Below are positions 48,433 through 61,946 of a stretch of 64,000 bases of DNA, piece by piece. Source of the DNA: Octopus vulgaris (Eukaryota). A program made the translations under genes and the position numbers. The DNA lies in NCBI GenBank assembly GCA_951406725.2, contig OX597823.1, positions 99,138,001 through 99,202,000 on the forward strand, read 5' to 3'. Positions within the stretch are counted from its first letter, which is position 1. Every line of letters begins with the position of its first letter. The notes beneath the pieces were generated by a model. That model had not been told where the DNA came from and ran no database searches. It was given only the letters and a program-made list of their open reading frames with translations.

Positions 48433-49606
48433 GGCAGATTTGCAGAATGTAAAGACTAAACCAAATAGCACAAGGCATTCTGTCCTATGTTGTAATGATT
48501 CACCACCTTAACGACAATAACAATAATCTTTTTTACTATAGGCACAAGGCCTGGGGGGGGGTGCTAGTCAATAACATCGACCCCGGTGCTCTACTGGTAC
48601 TTATTTCATCGACCCCAAAAGGATGAAAGGCAAAGCCGACCTTCGTAGAATTTGAACTCTGAATGTAAAGAAAGACAAAATGCCACTAAGCATTTTGCCC
48701 AGCACGCTAATGATACTGCCAGCTCATTGCTTTAACAACAACAATAATAGTTTAAAGCATTGGCATAAGGCCAGCTATTGGGGAGGGGTAGTCAATTATA
48801 TCAACCCCACTACATGACCGGTAACTTATTTTATTGACCTTGAAAAAATGAAAGGACAGGTTGACATCAGCAGTATTTGAACTCATAACAAAAAACCAGA
48901 AGAAATGCAGTGTAACATTTTGCTCAATGCGCTAACTATTCGGCCAGCTCACTGCCTTAACAACAACTGTTTTTAACATCAGTACAAGGCCTGAAATTTG
49001 GTCGTAGAAGTGAGAACAGTCAGTTACGTAAGTCTGCAGTATTTGACTGATGCTTTATTTTGTCAACCTCAATAGGAGGAAAAGCAAAATCAAACTCAGC
49101 AGAAACTGCACTCAAAACATGAAAAACAAGAACAAAATATCATTTGGCATTTTGTCCACTGCTCGAACAATTTTGCAAATCCATCACCTTTTCTAATTGA
49201 TGTATCAATACCTATTTCTTTACTACCCACAAGGGACTAAACACAGAGAGAACAAACAAGGACAGGCAAACGATTTAAGTTGATTATATTGACTCCAGTG
49301 CGTAACTGGTACTTAATTTATCAACCTCGAAAGGATGAAAGGCTAAGACGACCTCGGCGGAATTTTAACTCAGACAAATTACCTATTTCTTTACTACCCA
49401 CAAGGGGCTAAACACAGAGAGAACAAACAAGGACAGACAAACGGATTAAGTCGATTATATCGACCCCAGTGCCTAACTGGTACTTAATTTATTGACCCCA
49501 AAGGATGAAAGGCAAAATCGACCTCGGCTGAATTTGAACTCAGAACGTAGCGGCAGATGAAATATTGCTAAGCATTTTGCCCAGCGTGCTAACGTTTCTG
49601 CCAGCT
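48433..49606 (-). mobile_element. cluster of co-oriented SINE family 2 copies
   Basis: repeated GGTACTTA..T.GACC..GAAAGGATGAAAGGCAAAG.CGACCTCGGC.GAATTTGAACTCAG units; more at 50810-51200 and 51790-52205. Confidence 0.8.
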
Positions 49607-50049
49607 AATACCAACAGATGACAATGTTTCACTAAAAGAAACAGAGAAACTTTCAAATTACTCAGGAATTTTTAATTGAATGGCATGAGACCTTTTGGTT
49701 TTCTCTTCTCTTAAATTCTGGCCTTCCTTTAGTATTCCTGTTGTTTTACATCGATGTATAGATGTATGTATATATGTAAGTATACCCATAAAGTGTTAAT
49801 ATGTATGTATAATATACAATATATATATATATAATAACAATATGTTAGTGTTATTTAATTTCTGAACGGTTTTGCTGCCGTTTGTTTATATAGTATGATT
49901 TCTTTATCCATCAGTTTCTAAGAGATACGAGTAAAATTAATAATAGAGAACCGAAAATGAAACTGTGGAAACAGCCAAATGGGAGATAATTGAGAAAGAC
50001 CTGAAAGTCAATGTATGATCGTAATCATGTAAAGTAAGTATAACAAATA

Positions 50050-50238
50050 ATCCAGAATCCTTGTCCGGTACTGGATTGATCCCAAAATTTAATCAGTTCA
50101 TGCCAGTCATGAGGCCAAACATCCTTGAAAGTGTCATCCGAATCCATCTGGCAGTTCTTGAGATATCTTGTCCACAGACAAACAAACAAACACCACTGAA
50201 AACAATACCTCCACCTTTGCTAAGGCAGGGGTAATAAT
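50050..50238 (+). mobile_element. possible Helentron-associated (HINE-like) fragment
   Basis: ..GAGATATCTTG..(ACAA)n..AATACCTCC..GGCAGGGGTAATAA terminal imperfect hairpin. Confidence 0.4.
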
Positions 50239-52577
50239 ATGCAGGACCAGGAAGTGGCTATCATGGCTTTTGATCTTGATTGATTGGAAGTATTATCATG
50301 TACATTGTTTTGTCTTGGTATAAAAAGGTGGGCTACAGCAAATATTCTGCTCAGTACTACAGATTTGCTTGTGAATTGCTTGACCTTAACCAGTTGAGCA
50401 TGTCCCTTGATGGCTGACAATATATGCATTTCTGATCACAAGCAGATGTAGTGTGGGAGCATCATAGCCATGTGTTGAGAAGAATTCTTTGGAGTTTGAA
50501 TAATTCACCTCTGGAAACTGAAGTGTTTTGTTCAACATCCTTAAACAACCCTTATTCAGGGACCTTTTGAGTGGGATAGCCACTCAACCTGAAGAAAATT
50601 CTTACTGGCCCTACCAAGATCATGTGCTGTTTATTTTGATATAAGATCACCATGTCGGGCACATATGGTTGTGATGCATGTGCCTGGTGTACCCTTATCA
50701 GACAGGTAGTCATGATGGGTATATTGGGCTTCGTCTATTTGTGCCCCAGTGTCACTTTGATGGCATGCACTGTTCTCTCACTTCATAATAATATAATAAT
50801 AATAATCCTTCCTACTATATGCACAAGGCTTGAAATTTGGGGGTTGGAGACAATCGATTACATTGATCCCAGCCTCTGGCTAGTACTTAATTTATTGACC
50901 CTGAAACGATGAAAGCAAAGTCGACCTTGGCGGAATTTGAACTCACAATGACGAAATGTCAATGTGCTAATGATTCTGCCATCTCACTGCCTTTTATTAT
51001 GATGACAGTTTCAAAGTTTGGTACAAGGCCAGCAGTTCTTTAGGAAAGGGGTAAGTTGATTAAATTGACCCCAGTGCTCAGATGGTACTTATTCTATTAA
51101 CCTTGAAAGGATGAAAGGCAAAGTCAACTCCAGCGGAATGTAAAAATGGGCAAAATGCTACTAAGCATTTCACCTGGCAAAATGAAAGGCAAAACTGATC
51201 TCAGTAGGTTCTGAATTTAGTATGAAGTTTTAAGAAAACAGGGTTTCCTATGCTAGCTTAGGATTTCTTTTGTTTAATAATATGCTGTTTTGTATAAATA
51301 AGCAGACAGTTTCATGTTTCATAAGAGAAGGAAAATAGGAAATTGGCATATTCATGCTTTATTAAGACAGAGGTTTCAACAAGGAATTAAACATCAATTT
51401 GTGAACAAAATGTATAGCTGCACTATAATGCCCACCACATCACATTCTGACAGTTCGACAACAGTACAATGGTTCATGATGAATATATTTTAAAGTTTAT
51501 TTTTACTTGTTGCTTCTAAGAGTGAGCGATATTCTAATTATAAGTATTTAAAATTACAACTCAATCATATGACTCAGTGACCTGAAAAATTAATTTTAAA
51601 AAAAAGTAAAAAGGAAGAAACTGGGTAGAATGTGTGTGAGAGAAATCCTTCACTATATTTTAAAACAAATATTTATATATTTTAATAATAGATGGAAGTG
51701 ATTTAACTATATTTCAGAGAGGTTGTATGTATATAAGGCAAAAGGGAACTCATTAACAATAGGGGCACATACTGATGTGTAAATCATACTTTCTAATTTT
51801 GGCATAAGGCCTGTAATTTTGAGGGGAGGGGGAAGTTGATAACATTGACCCCAGTACTCAACTGGTAATTATTTTATCAAGCCTTAAAAGGATAAAAGAC
51901 AAAGTTGACCTTGGTGGCATTTGAACTCAGAATGTAAAAGAACTGGAAGAAATGCTGTTAATTATTTTGTCCAACACAGTATCAATTCTTATTTCTTTAT
52001 TACCCACAAGGGGCTAAACATAGAGGGGACAAAAGAATTAAGTCGGTTACATTGATCCCAGTGCGTAACTGGTACTTAATTTATCAACCCCGAAAGGATG
52101 AAAGGCAAAGTCAACCTCAGCAGAATTTGAACTCAGAATGTAATGGCAGTCGAAATACCGCTAAGCATTTCGCCCAGCATGCTAACGTTTCTGCCAGCTT
52201 GCTGCTTTCAATTTGTAAATCATAATGGGAGCATGAATAAAAACATCAAGAACATGTAAAAATAAAGGTAAACTTAAGTGGTGGATTCACACACTCTCGC
52301 ACACAAACACATATACACAGTTGATAATTCTTTATTCGAAATGACATCTATAAAACAGCACACTTGGGCATGGGACCCAAGTCTAAACACATTATGCATT
52401 TACTTTTCATATTACAGCTTACACATATATTATGAAAGTATCTGCATATAAATTTGGTGGTCGTCCACTTTCTTATGACATAACAGTTTCAGTTTTGGAG
52501 TATTTCACTTCTCTCCTAAAACAAATCAACTAATTATGCTTTCACGCCATTTGTAATCTATATTAACTGAATTATAA

Positions 52578-53064
52578 AGCAGTTCCAGCCTCTAGTTACT
52601 GTCCAAAAGTAGAGAGAATGAAATGAATCTGAAATGACTACCTCATGATTGTTATTTGAAAGCTTTACCAGTGATTTACTGATTTCAAATATAAACAGGC
52701 ATACTTAGATATTAATATAACAGTGCACATACACATGCACACACGTACACATCCATATGCATTTGTACACTTATAACTATTATTTTGATTTTATGATATT
52801 AATAACATCTTTTCGTTGAATATGGGTATTTTGTTTTCAGTTCTTCTTTAAATTTCCGAAATAACAAACGGTTTTGATTCAACTCTTTAATTTTGTTATT
52901 GTGGAAGTTTGTTGATGTCTTTAAGCCTTGATGAACAATAAATGCATTACTCAGAACATTAAACGTATATCCAGCAATATGCAGCTCACATACATTGCTA
53001 ATTCAGTTAAAACCATATTGTTTAAATCGTTCATCATAAGCTGGCACAAAATGTCGGGTAATAA
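52578..53064 (-). pseudogene. B4GAT1: duplicated 3' end of B4GAT1 (C-terminal CDS + proximal 3' UTR)
   Basis: 487 bp matching 54288-54774 (offset 1710); the only difference noticed is 53005 A vs 54715 G, turning CGA into TGA. Confidence 0.92.
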
Positions 53065-53211
53065 TGTGACATGGATGATTCTTTCTTATCTTGGGATTCA
53101 CAGTCAAATGGCTGGGTGGAATTGCGTGAAGAATTACACAGCTGTGTAGAATGATCCAGTGGTGTTGTTGGGCTTTGTATTTTTTCATAGCTTCCATGGT
53201 TACCGAGATAA

Positions 53212-53654
53212 TCTACTATAATAATACTCTTGTGTTTATGAATGAGAAAGGAAGGGGTGATAGATGAATAAGGAAGGAAGGGGTGATGTTATACTTGGTA
53301 GTGGGATGATGAAAATTGTACACTGGAAAAAATAAATCCAACAGCATTTCAACTGTGTGAGTATATGTGTATGTAAAAGGGGGGTATGTGTGTGTGTGTG
53401 TGCGTGTATGCGCGCAATGGAAGTGGGATGGTTCATTTTTGTTCCCTAAGTATTTGGGTTTATTTTTTGATTTGGTTGAATCTTGGTTTTTTTTTTGTTT
53501 GTCAGTTATTTTTAGCGTTTTGACAGAAAAAAGTCATTCTAAAATTGTTTTTTAATGTAAGCGTGCCCAAACAAGTTGAATGCTTACACAGAGCAGGTTT
53601 TACAGCCACATCATCCAAACTGACTGGGTGAAACAGGGCGGGCTTAGCTGCTAG
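53212..53654 (+). mobile_element. non-autonomous Helitron-like element
   Basis: A|TCTACTATATAATAA 5' end, CTAG|T 3' end preceded by GC-rich degenerate hairpin region CTGGGTGAAACAGGGCGGG; no TSD. Confidence 0.65.
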
Positions 53655-53810
53655 TGATATATATGTCAGCTACATGATACTTCCTTTGTTAAAACTTTCT
53701 AGAGCTCCTTCAGTAATTTTTTGTTTACAGTGCTCTACTCAAAAAATTTTTGAATCTTGGACAAAGTATTATTAACTGAATTATAAATTTACAGTTTTGA
53801 ATAAAGTATC

Positions 53811-53865
<55 letters not shown>

Positions 53866-54508
53866 GTATGTAACAGGAATTTTTAAAAAAACACACACAC
53901 AAAGTTGATGACAAGGAAATACATACAAAACTGGAAATAGCAATTAAGGGTTGGTCATATTAAAAAAAAACTATCTTCATTAATAAACCCTTTATTCTAC
54001 TCTAATCTGGGTAGACATTAGTACTCTTTTTAAAAGTCCCATTCATTTATATCACAGTTTATTCTTGACAAAATCAATTCACAAAGAGCTGCATTTTGAG
54101 GAGATAATTAAAAAAAAAAAACAAAGAAAAGTCAGGTGTATAACTTAGTCAAAATATAAAGAGTTTCATAAAAAATAAATGAATTGTTTAAAGTTTGGCT
54201 TACTGTTAGGTTCATGTGTTTTTTTTTATTTTTAAAGAACATATATCAAATAAGCTAAAGTTTAACAATGTATTGCCTTATTTGCGTAGCAGTTCCAGCC
54301 TCTAGTTACTGTCCAAAAGTAGAGAGAATGAAATGAATCTGAAATGACTACCTCATGATTGTTATTTGAAAGCTTTACCAGTGATTTACTGATTTCAAAT
54401 ATAAACAGGCATACTTAGATATTAATATAACAGTGCACATACACATGCACACACGTACACATCCATATGCATTTGTACACTTATAACTATTATTTTGATT
54501 TTATGATA

Positions 54509-55753
54509 TTAATAACATCTTTTCGTTGAATATGGGTATTTTGTTTTCAGTTCTTCTTTAAATTTCCGAAATAACAAACGGTTTTGATTCAACTCTTTAA
54601 TTTTGTTATTGTGGAAGTTTGTTGATGTCTTTAAGCCTTGATGAACAATAAATGCATTACTCAGAACATTAAACGTATATCCAGCAATATGCAGCTCACA
54701 TACATTGCTAATTCGGTTAAAACCATATTGTTTAAATCGTTCATCATAAGCTGGCACAAAATGTCGGGTAATAAAAAATGGTTCCCAAGGGTCTTTCCAG
54801 GGAATGTTGTAAGCTACTTTCATGTAAGAACCATCAATTTCTCTCCAAGTTTCATAGTCCGTATGCTGCTGACATTTCCAGCAGACTTCAAAATAAAAAG
54901 GTCGAACCTGTAGATTATCCCATTTTTTCAAAAGATCTTTCTTGTCAATGGGCACTGAAACATTCAAATTTGATTCAAAACTTGGAACAACAAAAGCTGT
55001 TAAATTTGGTAAAAATGTATCTGCAACTTTAATGAATTCAGAGAAATTATTTCTTAATCCAGCCGAAGGAAGCATATCAATGTCAATCATAAAAATAAAT
55101 TCAGTTCTGGAATTCTTTATCGCAAAATTTCGTAGAACATTATGAGGATATTGAATATTGTCAAAGCTATAATTTGGAATGTTGGATGCAAGTATATTTG
55201 GTAAGTCTTCACAAGACACAATTGAAGATTCATAACTGTTGTGAAGATTTCTAGGATATCTTTGCAAAGGATAAACAAGATGGAATGAAACCATTTCCAA
55301 AACAATTGGATTACATTTCCGTAAAGCTGCAATTGTCAATAGAGCAGTGACAATGTAATTGTCAAATGCGAAAATTGTTACAGATATTGGGCCTTCCCAT
55401 TGATTTGCCAATTTGACAATGTATTGTATGTTATTGAGTGATGTCTGAGTTACCACAGTAACATCATACCTTTCACGAGTAGGTTTAGATGTAGACAGGG
55501 AGTAATGACTGCAAAGAGCTACATCTGCGATCATATGGTAAGATCCGGAGGAATCAAGTTTATAGGATTCATATATTTTCTTAATCATTTCTGAAACCTC
55601 ATTTTTTTTTGCAGTTTTTGTATTGCCTCTTATCTTTGATAGGAGAATTATGTGTGTGATTTGTATAACTACAATGAGTAGGAAGAATAAAATTATCAAT
55701 TTGGATAATGTTAACCTCCGCTGTTTTGAGTAAAGCTTCCATCTACAAAGCAT
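54509..55753 (-). CDS. B4GAT1: beta-1,4-glucuronyltransferase 1 (GT49; alpha-dystroglycan priming enzyme), 414 aa, single coding exon
   Basis: type II TM anchor (IILFFLLIVVIQI), YPHNVLRN, DXD (IDIDMLPS), WEPFFI, YDERFKQYGFNRIS..CELHIAGY; first ATG at 55753 (track start 55798 is TTG); acceptor at 55908. Confidence 0.93.
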   Translation of the reverse strand: MLCRWKLYSKQRRLTLSKLIILFFLLIVVIQITHIILLSKIRGNTKTAKKNEVSEMIKKIYESYKLDSSGSYHMIADVALCSHYSLSTSKPTRERYDVTVVTQTSLNNIQYIVKLANQWEGPISVTIFAFDNYIVTALLTIAALRKCNPIVLEMVSFHLVYPLQRYPRNLHNSYESSIVSCEDLPNILASNIPNYSFDNIQYPHNVLRNFAIKNSRTEFIFMIDIDMLPSAGLRNNFSEFIKVADTFLPNLTAFVVPSFESNLNVSVPIDKKDLLKKWDNLQVRPFYFEVCWKCQQHTDYETWREIDGSYMKVAYNIPWKDPWEPFFITRHFVPAYDERFKQYGFNRISNVCELHIAGYTFNVLSNAFIVHQGLKTSTNFHNNKIKELNQNRLLFRKFKEELKTKYPYSTKRCY

Positions 55754-58471
55754 TTTAGAAGAAAAACTGAAGTTAGCAGTTAGAGTTGAGAGATGCAAAA
55801 TAGAGGACTTCCCAAGTGGTTTCTACAAATAGATGTTATCATACATTTCTAAAGCAGCATTAGAGCCATTCCACAACAACTTTTTTTCTCTTTCTCCTTA
55901 TTGTTGTCTGTGGAAATAAATAAAGAAAGAAAAAAATTTATATAAAATACTTCATTTTCAAGGAATATGCTTAAAGACAATATTGAAAAAGAAAAAAAAT
56001 CTGTAAACAGTTTTAATCCTTTAACATTCAGACTATTTTATCAGGAAATGTTACGCTTATTTACTTACATTGTTTTGAATTAAGCATGCATTATCTGGTA
56101 GCTTCAAGATTTCGAATGATGTGATTGTTTACTTTTAGAATGACATTCCCAGGTAAATATGAGAGGCCAGATCCAGGTAGAATATGGCCGATTTAAAAGC
56201 TGAAGGGTTAGAATATGAAGTAGGTCATATTAACAGCCAACATCGTTTACAAATGAAATTATTGTATACAGTGCTCAGGTGCACCACAAATACGTGTGTG
56301 TACCTTTAATATTGAAAGTTAGATGCTAAGTAACCTCTCTTACGTGCCGTGAACGATTTCAATGACACTGGTGGCTCTCCTAACAATCCTCGATCAAGGG
56401 TGTTGCACAAAACTACTGAACGGATGGACTGATATGTTCACTGGTTGTTGAGGAAAAACAGAAAAACAACTACAGCTGACATTTGGCCTTGTCTAAATTG
56501 GTGTCACTACAATCAAAAATTTGACGCAAGAGCAGAGGAATTAGATGCATCTTACACATGAGTTGAAGTTTAATTTGTTCAGCAGGGTTGGCTGAGTGTA
56601 AGCTCCATGCCAAACAGGAGAATAATTTCACCCAGAGTGCATGAATCTAATAGTGATATCTATCATTATTTGAAGCTGTATGTCTGCAAAAAGACTGGAT
56701 TCCATACATCAGATAAAAGGTAACATGAACAATACAACAAATGTGGAAATCTTAGAGAAGACTATGCTTCTATATGCCACAAGTCATTTGACTCTTTTGT
56801 GAATTTTTCAGTAAGATATTTTCAAAACATTCTGCAGGAATAATCAAAGAATTCATCAAAAGTAAGAAAATCTGCATGTTGCAATAGCTATCATAATCTT
56901 CAAATTTAAATCTGGTAGTAAAACAGTGGAAGAATTGACACAAGTGCTCAATGACAGCAGTCCATGAAATTGGGTGAATTCTATGGTTATATGGTGGAAA
57001 TAACAGGATCATTTAACTTATTGGAGATGTGATTTGATTCAATTTTGAGAAATTTCTGGTACCTAATCAAAAATTAGTGCCCTATGATTTTATTCTTTCC
57101 ACATTGTTGAAAAAAAAATTGATTTAAATATTTTGAAACTTGGTAAAATTTAGTCATTTTTGTGGCATTGTTGATACTATCAATAATTGCATTAGGTAAA
57201 TCTAAAATGTTCGTGATTAAACTTACATTTGACTGCCATTTCTAGCATGTCAAACGCTCACCTGGAGGCTACCTCGTTGATTTCAAAAGTAGTTTCAAGT
57301 GAAAAATGAAACTAGGCTGAAACGATTTTGAATAAGGACCGAGTAACAGGATCAAAGCGATTACAGGGGGATTGTGTATTTATAAAGAAAATTCATGTGA
57401 TACCTTACTTAAAATTCACACATCTAAAATTGTAACCTTCATTAATTGTTACAAAGGCTCTAAATGTTCATGAATTATAACCAACAACTACAAATACGCA
57501 GATAAACCTCGTTCAGGGGCCACTCATGAATTCGTCCAGTTCATTAAATAGGAGAGATAAATGAGAGGTTTTGTCTCAGCAGCTATTTAAATAATGTTTA
57601 GAGCTACCGGAGTTTGGCACGAATTTTTAAGCCTATTTCGTAAAGATTCGGTTAAAGGAGAGTTGTCTGAAATCAGGTCAGTCCTGACCGAGTTGATCAA
57701 TGATCATAGGCATTCTGACCACAATCATTTGCCCTTTATTCAAACCTAAAGTATTCAGGACGACATAGTCTTATATACCTTCTTTGTTTTTCCTTTTTTT
57801 CAAAAACATTAAGGTGTGATTTGAAGGCGACTTTGCTGCTATGTCAGGCAAACAGAACTACACAGACGCCCGCTCGTTTAAAAGGAAGTGAAAACTTCAT
57901 TTATTAATCATCAAAATAGAAGATATAGCTTTTATAAACTATCAAAGCTGACATCTAAATAAAATTAAATTTGTATCAGGAAAGAATCTGTATACAAGAT
58001 CATATCTTAGTTTATATTTTTCTAAAGGAAAACTGTTTCGATTTGGTTTTAAAAGACGATGACGAATTCGTTTATAAACAACTGAAATATCAAAAACAAA
58101 GTAGTCTCAGTGTCTCTAAATGTCAGATAATAGTTTTGTTCAGCAGGCAGTGAGAACTTTCCAAATAACATAAATTCTGTTGAATGAGTTTTGAAAAATA
58201 CGCAATTTTAATTAAATTGATTTGTATTCTATTTAAAAGTAAACATACATTCTTAATGCGGAAACCAATTTGTTTTCAACGGTTTACAATATACCAATTA
58301 TGATAACCGTAACAGCAATTGTAAAACGGCTGACTGAAGCATAAATAGGAACAAAAAAATTCAAAACCAGTTGATTAATTAATAAAAACCAAAGAATGGC
58401 CGCGATGTTTCTGTTGTCGAGGACTGTTACTTCTGAGCAAAATTTCAACAAAATGAACTGCACATACTTAC

Positions 58472-58680
58472 CAATAAAGGATCTAAGTAAATCCATACCA
58501 CAATAATACAAAGGTGAAACAGCAAAAATGTATGAACAAAATAAAAGACTATAAGTAAATCGGGATTTTGTATAAAATACCTGGAATAAATACCTGGAAG
58601 AAAGCAAAGGAGTTGAGAGTTAGAGTTATTTGCCCTTTCTATGAAACTGGGATTCGCCAAACCAAAAACGGAATTCCAAT
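58472..58680 (-). other. candidate 5' UTR exon/promoter region of B4GAT1
   Basis: strong TG|GTAAGT donor at 58471 in a CpG-retaining non-repeat segment upstream of the 55908 acceptor; 5' boundary unknown. Confidence 0.3.
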
Positions 58681-58702
58681 AATCTATGGTTTTAATAATA
58701 TA

Positions 58703-59083
58703 CTAGCAGTATCGCCCGGCGTTGCTCGGGTTTGTTTCGACCCTTTAGAATTGGAATTTTTGAAAAGTAAAAATTTTGCATTGTTATTCTCTTTAAGTGA
58801 ACATTTTTCTGGTTGAAATACACCGAAAAATGACGACACAGCAGTTAAAAAATCGTAAAAAAATAGGGATTTTCTTAGAAAAAAAGCACCTTTTTGATGT
58901 AAATAATTTTCGGTGTTAACATGGTCCGATTTGAATTTTTTCTTCTACGGAAGGAAGAGCAAGCCTTCTTCTATCATACTCTCAATTTTGGTCAACTTGT
59001 GCCGCAGGATCTCGGAGGAGATAGTGTTAGTTGAAAGCTACCAAACCTGCCACACACACACACTTCAGCTTTATATAGAGAGA
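58703..59083 (-). mobile_element. non-autonomous Helitron
   Basis: minus strand A|TCTCTCTATATAAAG start; CCCG..CGGG hairpin about 10 nt before CTAG|T end. Confidence 0.75.
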
Positions 59084-59283
59084 TTAACTTTGAAATTTTA
59101 TTACGTTCTTTAAGGAAATTATATATTATTATTGATTTCTTACATCGACAAATATTGAATATTAAAAGTTCGTCGCTCAACGCTTTCTGCTAATAAAATG
59201 TCTTCTTGGGAAAAAGACCTTTTGTAAATCTTGTCTCCTAAAATATCCAGAAGTAACATAGCAGGTTTATTCATAGTCACAGT

Positions 59284-59765
59284 CAGGGCTAAATTTAAAC
59301 CTAGTGGGAGCCCTGGGCCAATAGTTTTTTGGGAGCGCTATATGATTTTGTATACGTTTTCAGAAAAAAATATATGTTCTAAGTATTTTATTAAAAAGGT
59401 ACTACTTAAAAATGAAGATCTCATTCAAAACAAGGATAGTGGAGAGGGCTCCCATAAAATCTAGGGATCCCAAACAGTTTGAAGAGGCTCAAAACTTTAA
59501 AAAGTCTCGGTAGATTCAGCAGGACTCAGTTAAATTAAATGGCTTCTTAAATTTAAAAGGGCCTAATAAATTAAAAGAGGGTTCAATAATTTTTTTAAAA
59601 TTCTAAATGAGTAAAAAATATTACAAATTTTATATTTGATGGCAATAAATATATTTTTTTTAATTTTTAGCTCCAGGCTTTTGATTTCTCTGAGTGAAAG
59701 GGGCCTCCAATGCTTGGGGCTCCTGGGCCATGACCCATATTGTCTCATACATAAATCAAGCCCTG
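59284..59765. mobile_element. hAT-like MITE
   Basis: TIR CAGGGCT/AGCCCTG, subterminal GGG(A)GCCC motifs, imperfect 8-bp TSD GTCACAGT/GCCATAGT. Confidence 0.6.
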
Positions 59766-61946
59766 GCCATAGTCATCTCTATTCTATATTGTACTTCATA
59801 TAAACACTATTTTTAGAAAATGTTTACAACCCTTTCATACCTGTAATTTTTTTCTGTATTTAAGCTGTTGTCTGGGACATAACATTACAAGGGCTTCTGA
59901 GATCAAGTTATGTCAGAATGCTTTAATTTAAACATTTAAAATGAGAGATTTGTATGACAGAACCAGAGGTGGTCTTTCAAATATCATATTATGAAGTCAT
60001 TAGGTCTAAATTTCCTTTTCAATATTATTAGTTAGAGTTGAAGAGGAAGTACTCATGACAGGAAAATAATTTCACTCAGAGTGCATGAATCTTCCTTACC
60101 AATGATGTTCAGTTTAAATTTCGATGGATATCTAAATAAAAAGTAGACAGAGTGAAATGACAAGGCAAAGTATATCAGTTAGGCAGGAGACACACAGTAA
60201 AGAAGATGCAGGGGGATGCATTGAGCTGATTGTGGTAGACATGATAGGTACTTTTCTTTCTTTAGTGAAGAAGGAGTTGCTTGTAGTTGATGTAGAAGAG
60301 GAAGAAAGAAAAAGTAATGGTTTTGTTACTCAATGTAGTATGTTGCTGATTGAATTTTTGTCAATCAATTAAATAGCCATTGTGAGATGGATTCTAGAAT
60401 GTTTGTATATGTAGTGCATCTTACATGCATGAAGTGGATTTGATCCACCACAGCCAAATTTAAATTAACACTGCTACAGAACTTTTCGCATGGTGGAACA
60501 ATGGTTTTTCTCTGACAACAGTTTTACATTTGCTAGATTGCCTTAGCTAGGCCAAAATAATGTCTTCAGCACTTGACCCTTTCTACTTTCTAACCTCTTC
60601 TACTTCACCAAAAGCTAGAATAGAGATAACAAGACCACCAGCTAAATCTATTGTTCTCAATGATATGTCTATCATTCTGGATGGTTATAAAAGCAAGAAC
60701 CCCTAAGCAAAAAGCAAGTAGTCACTTGGCAACAACTGAGCGAAGCGGCTCATGACGTTTCAATTAGTTAGGGAACGGACTGCTAGAATCATGATCACAA
60801 GAAATGCAGCTACTAAAGATAATGGTCAGTGAGAGAAATGAATTTTACTGTCAACAACTGTGAGAAAACGTCCCACAACCCTACAACTTTCACTAGCTCT
60901 AATTCTGTTCTCTTACATCATCTATTGCTATCTGTGGATTATTACTAACAATTTGTGTACGCCAAACTATGCAAAAAAAAAAATTCTACCACATCTAACT
61001 TTCTTTCACATGCTCTCGGATTTTATAACCTGCCCGTCAAAGTATGGTATTTTTCAACGTAACAGTAAACAAATACTTTCTTAAAACTTCATGCATTGTT
61101 CATCTTTCACATCCTACAGTATGCAGTTATAACAACAAATTTTTATTGTTACAGCTGCTGACTCCGACATTTCATATTATTGAGTAACTAATCAAGCTTA
61201 ATCATTACATATATGTAGTACCACCATCCCCACCTCATATATATATGGCAGCAGTGAATCAGGTTGCACTCAATTATTATTATTATTTATATATTTATTT
61301 TGTAAAAGAGTATATATGATATATGAAATGTTGAAATATAGAACTGTCACTAAACCAACTTGAAGTGAAGACCACCATACTGAATTGACCTTGTATGCAT
61401 GTAAAAAATCTTTTTCGAAATTATTTTAATATTTGTCTATCAAATACCCTTATCTTTAAAAAGAATATTCAGTCAGGGTTGTGGGCTCAGGAGGTTTGTT
61501 TTGTAACCATATAGCTTTGGGTTCAGTCCCACTGTGTGGTACCATAGGCAAGTGTCTTCTATTATAACTTCAAGCTGAGCAATGATTTGTGAGTGAATTT
61601 GATAGACAGAAATTGTGTTGTTATTCAGTTTCATTTCAAGATTTTTTTGCCAATAGAGAGAAAGCCAGTTTCTAACCTAGATCCAAGGCTCCTTCATTGG
61701 AATTTCAACATTAACAGGATATTTTTGTATATATGTATATATGCAGATTTGTATGTTTTCTTTTATATATGTATTTTTGTGCATATAGTTGCATATCTAG
61801 ACATGCTCATATATACTTAAATGATAAACTTCTGGAAAGTTTTACAGATTTTTACAGTTCCAGTGATTGATTGGATCTGTAGTCTTCGAATTAGCTTTCT
61901 CCTTTCTGGTTTTAAGAAGCCTAATTTCCCAAGATTGGTATTTCAT

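Noticed and set aside
55754-55798. N-terminal extension of B4GAT1 in the ORF track
   Set aside because: Track start is TTG; first in-frame ATG is at 55753
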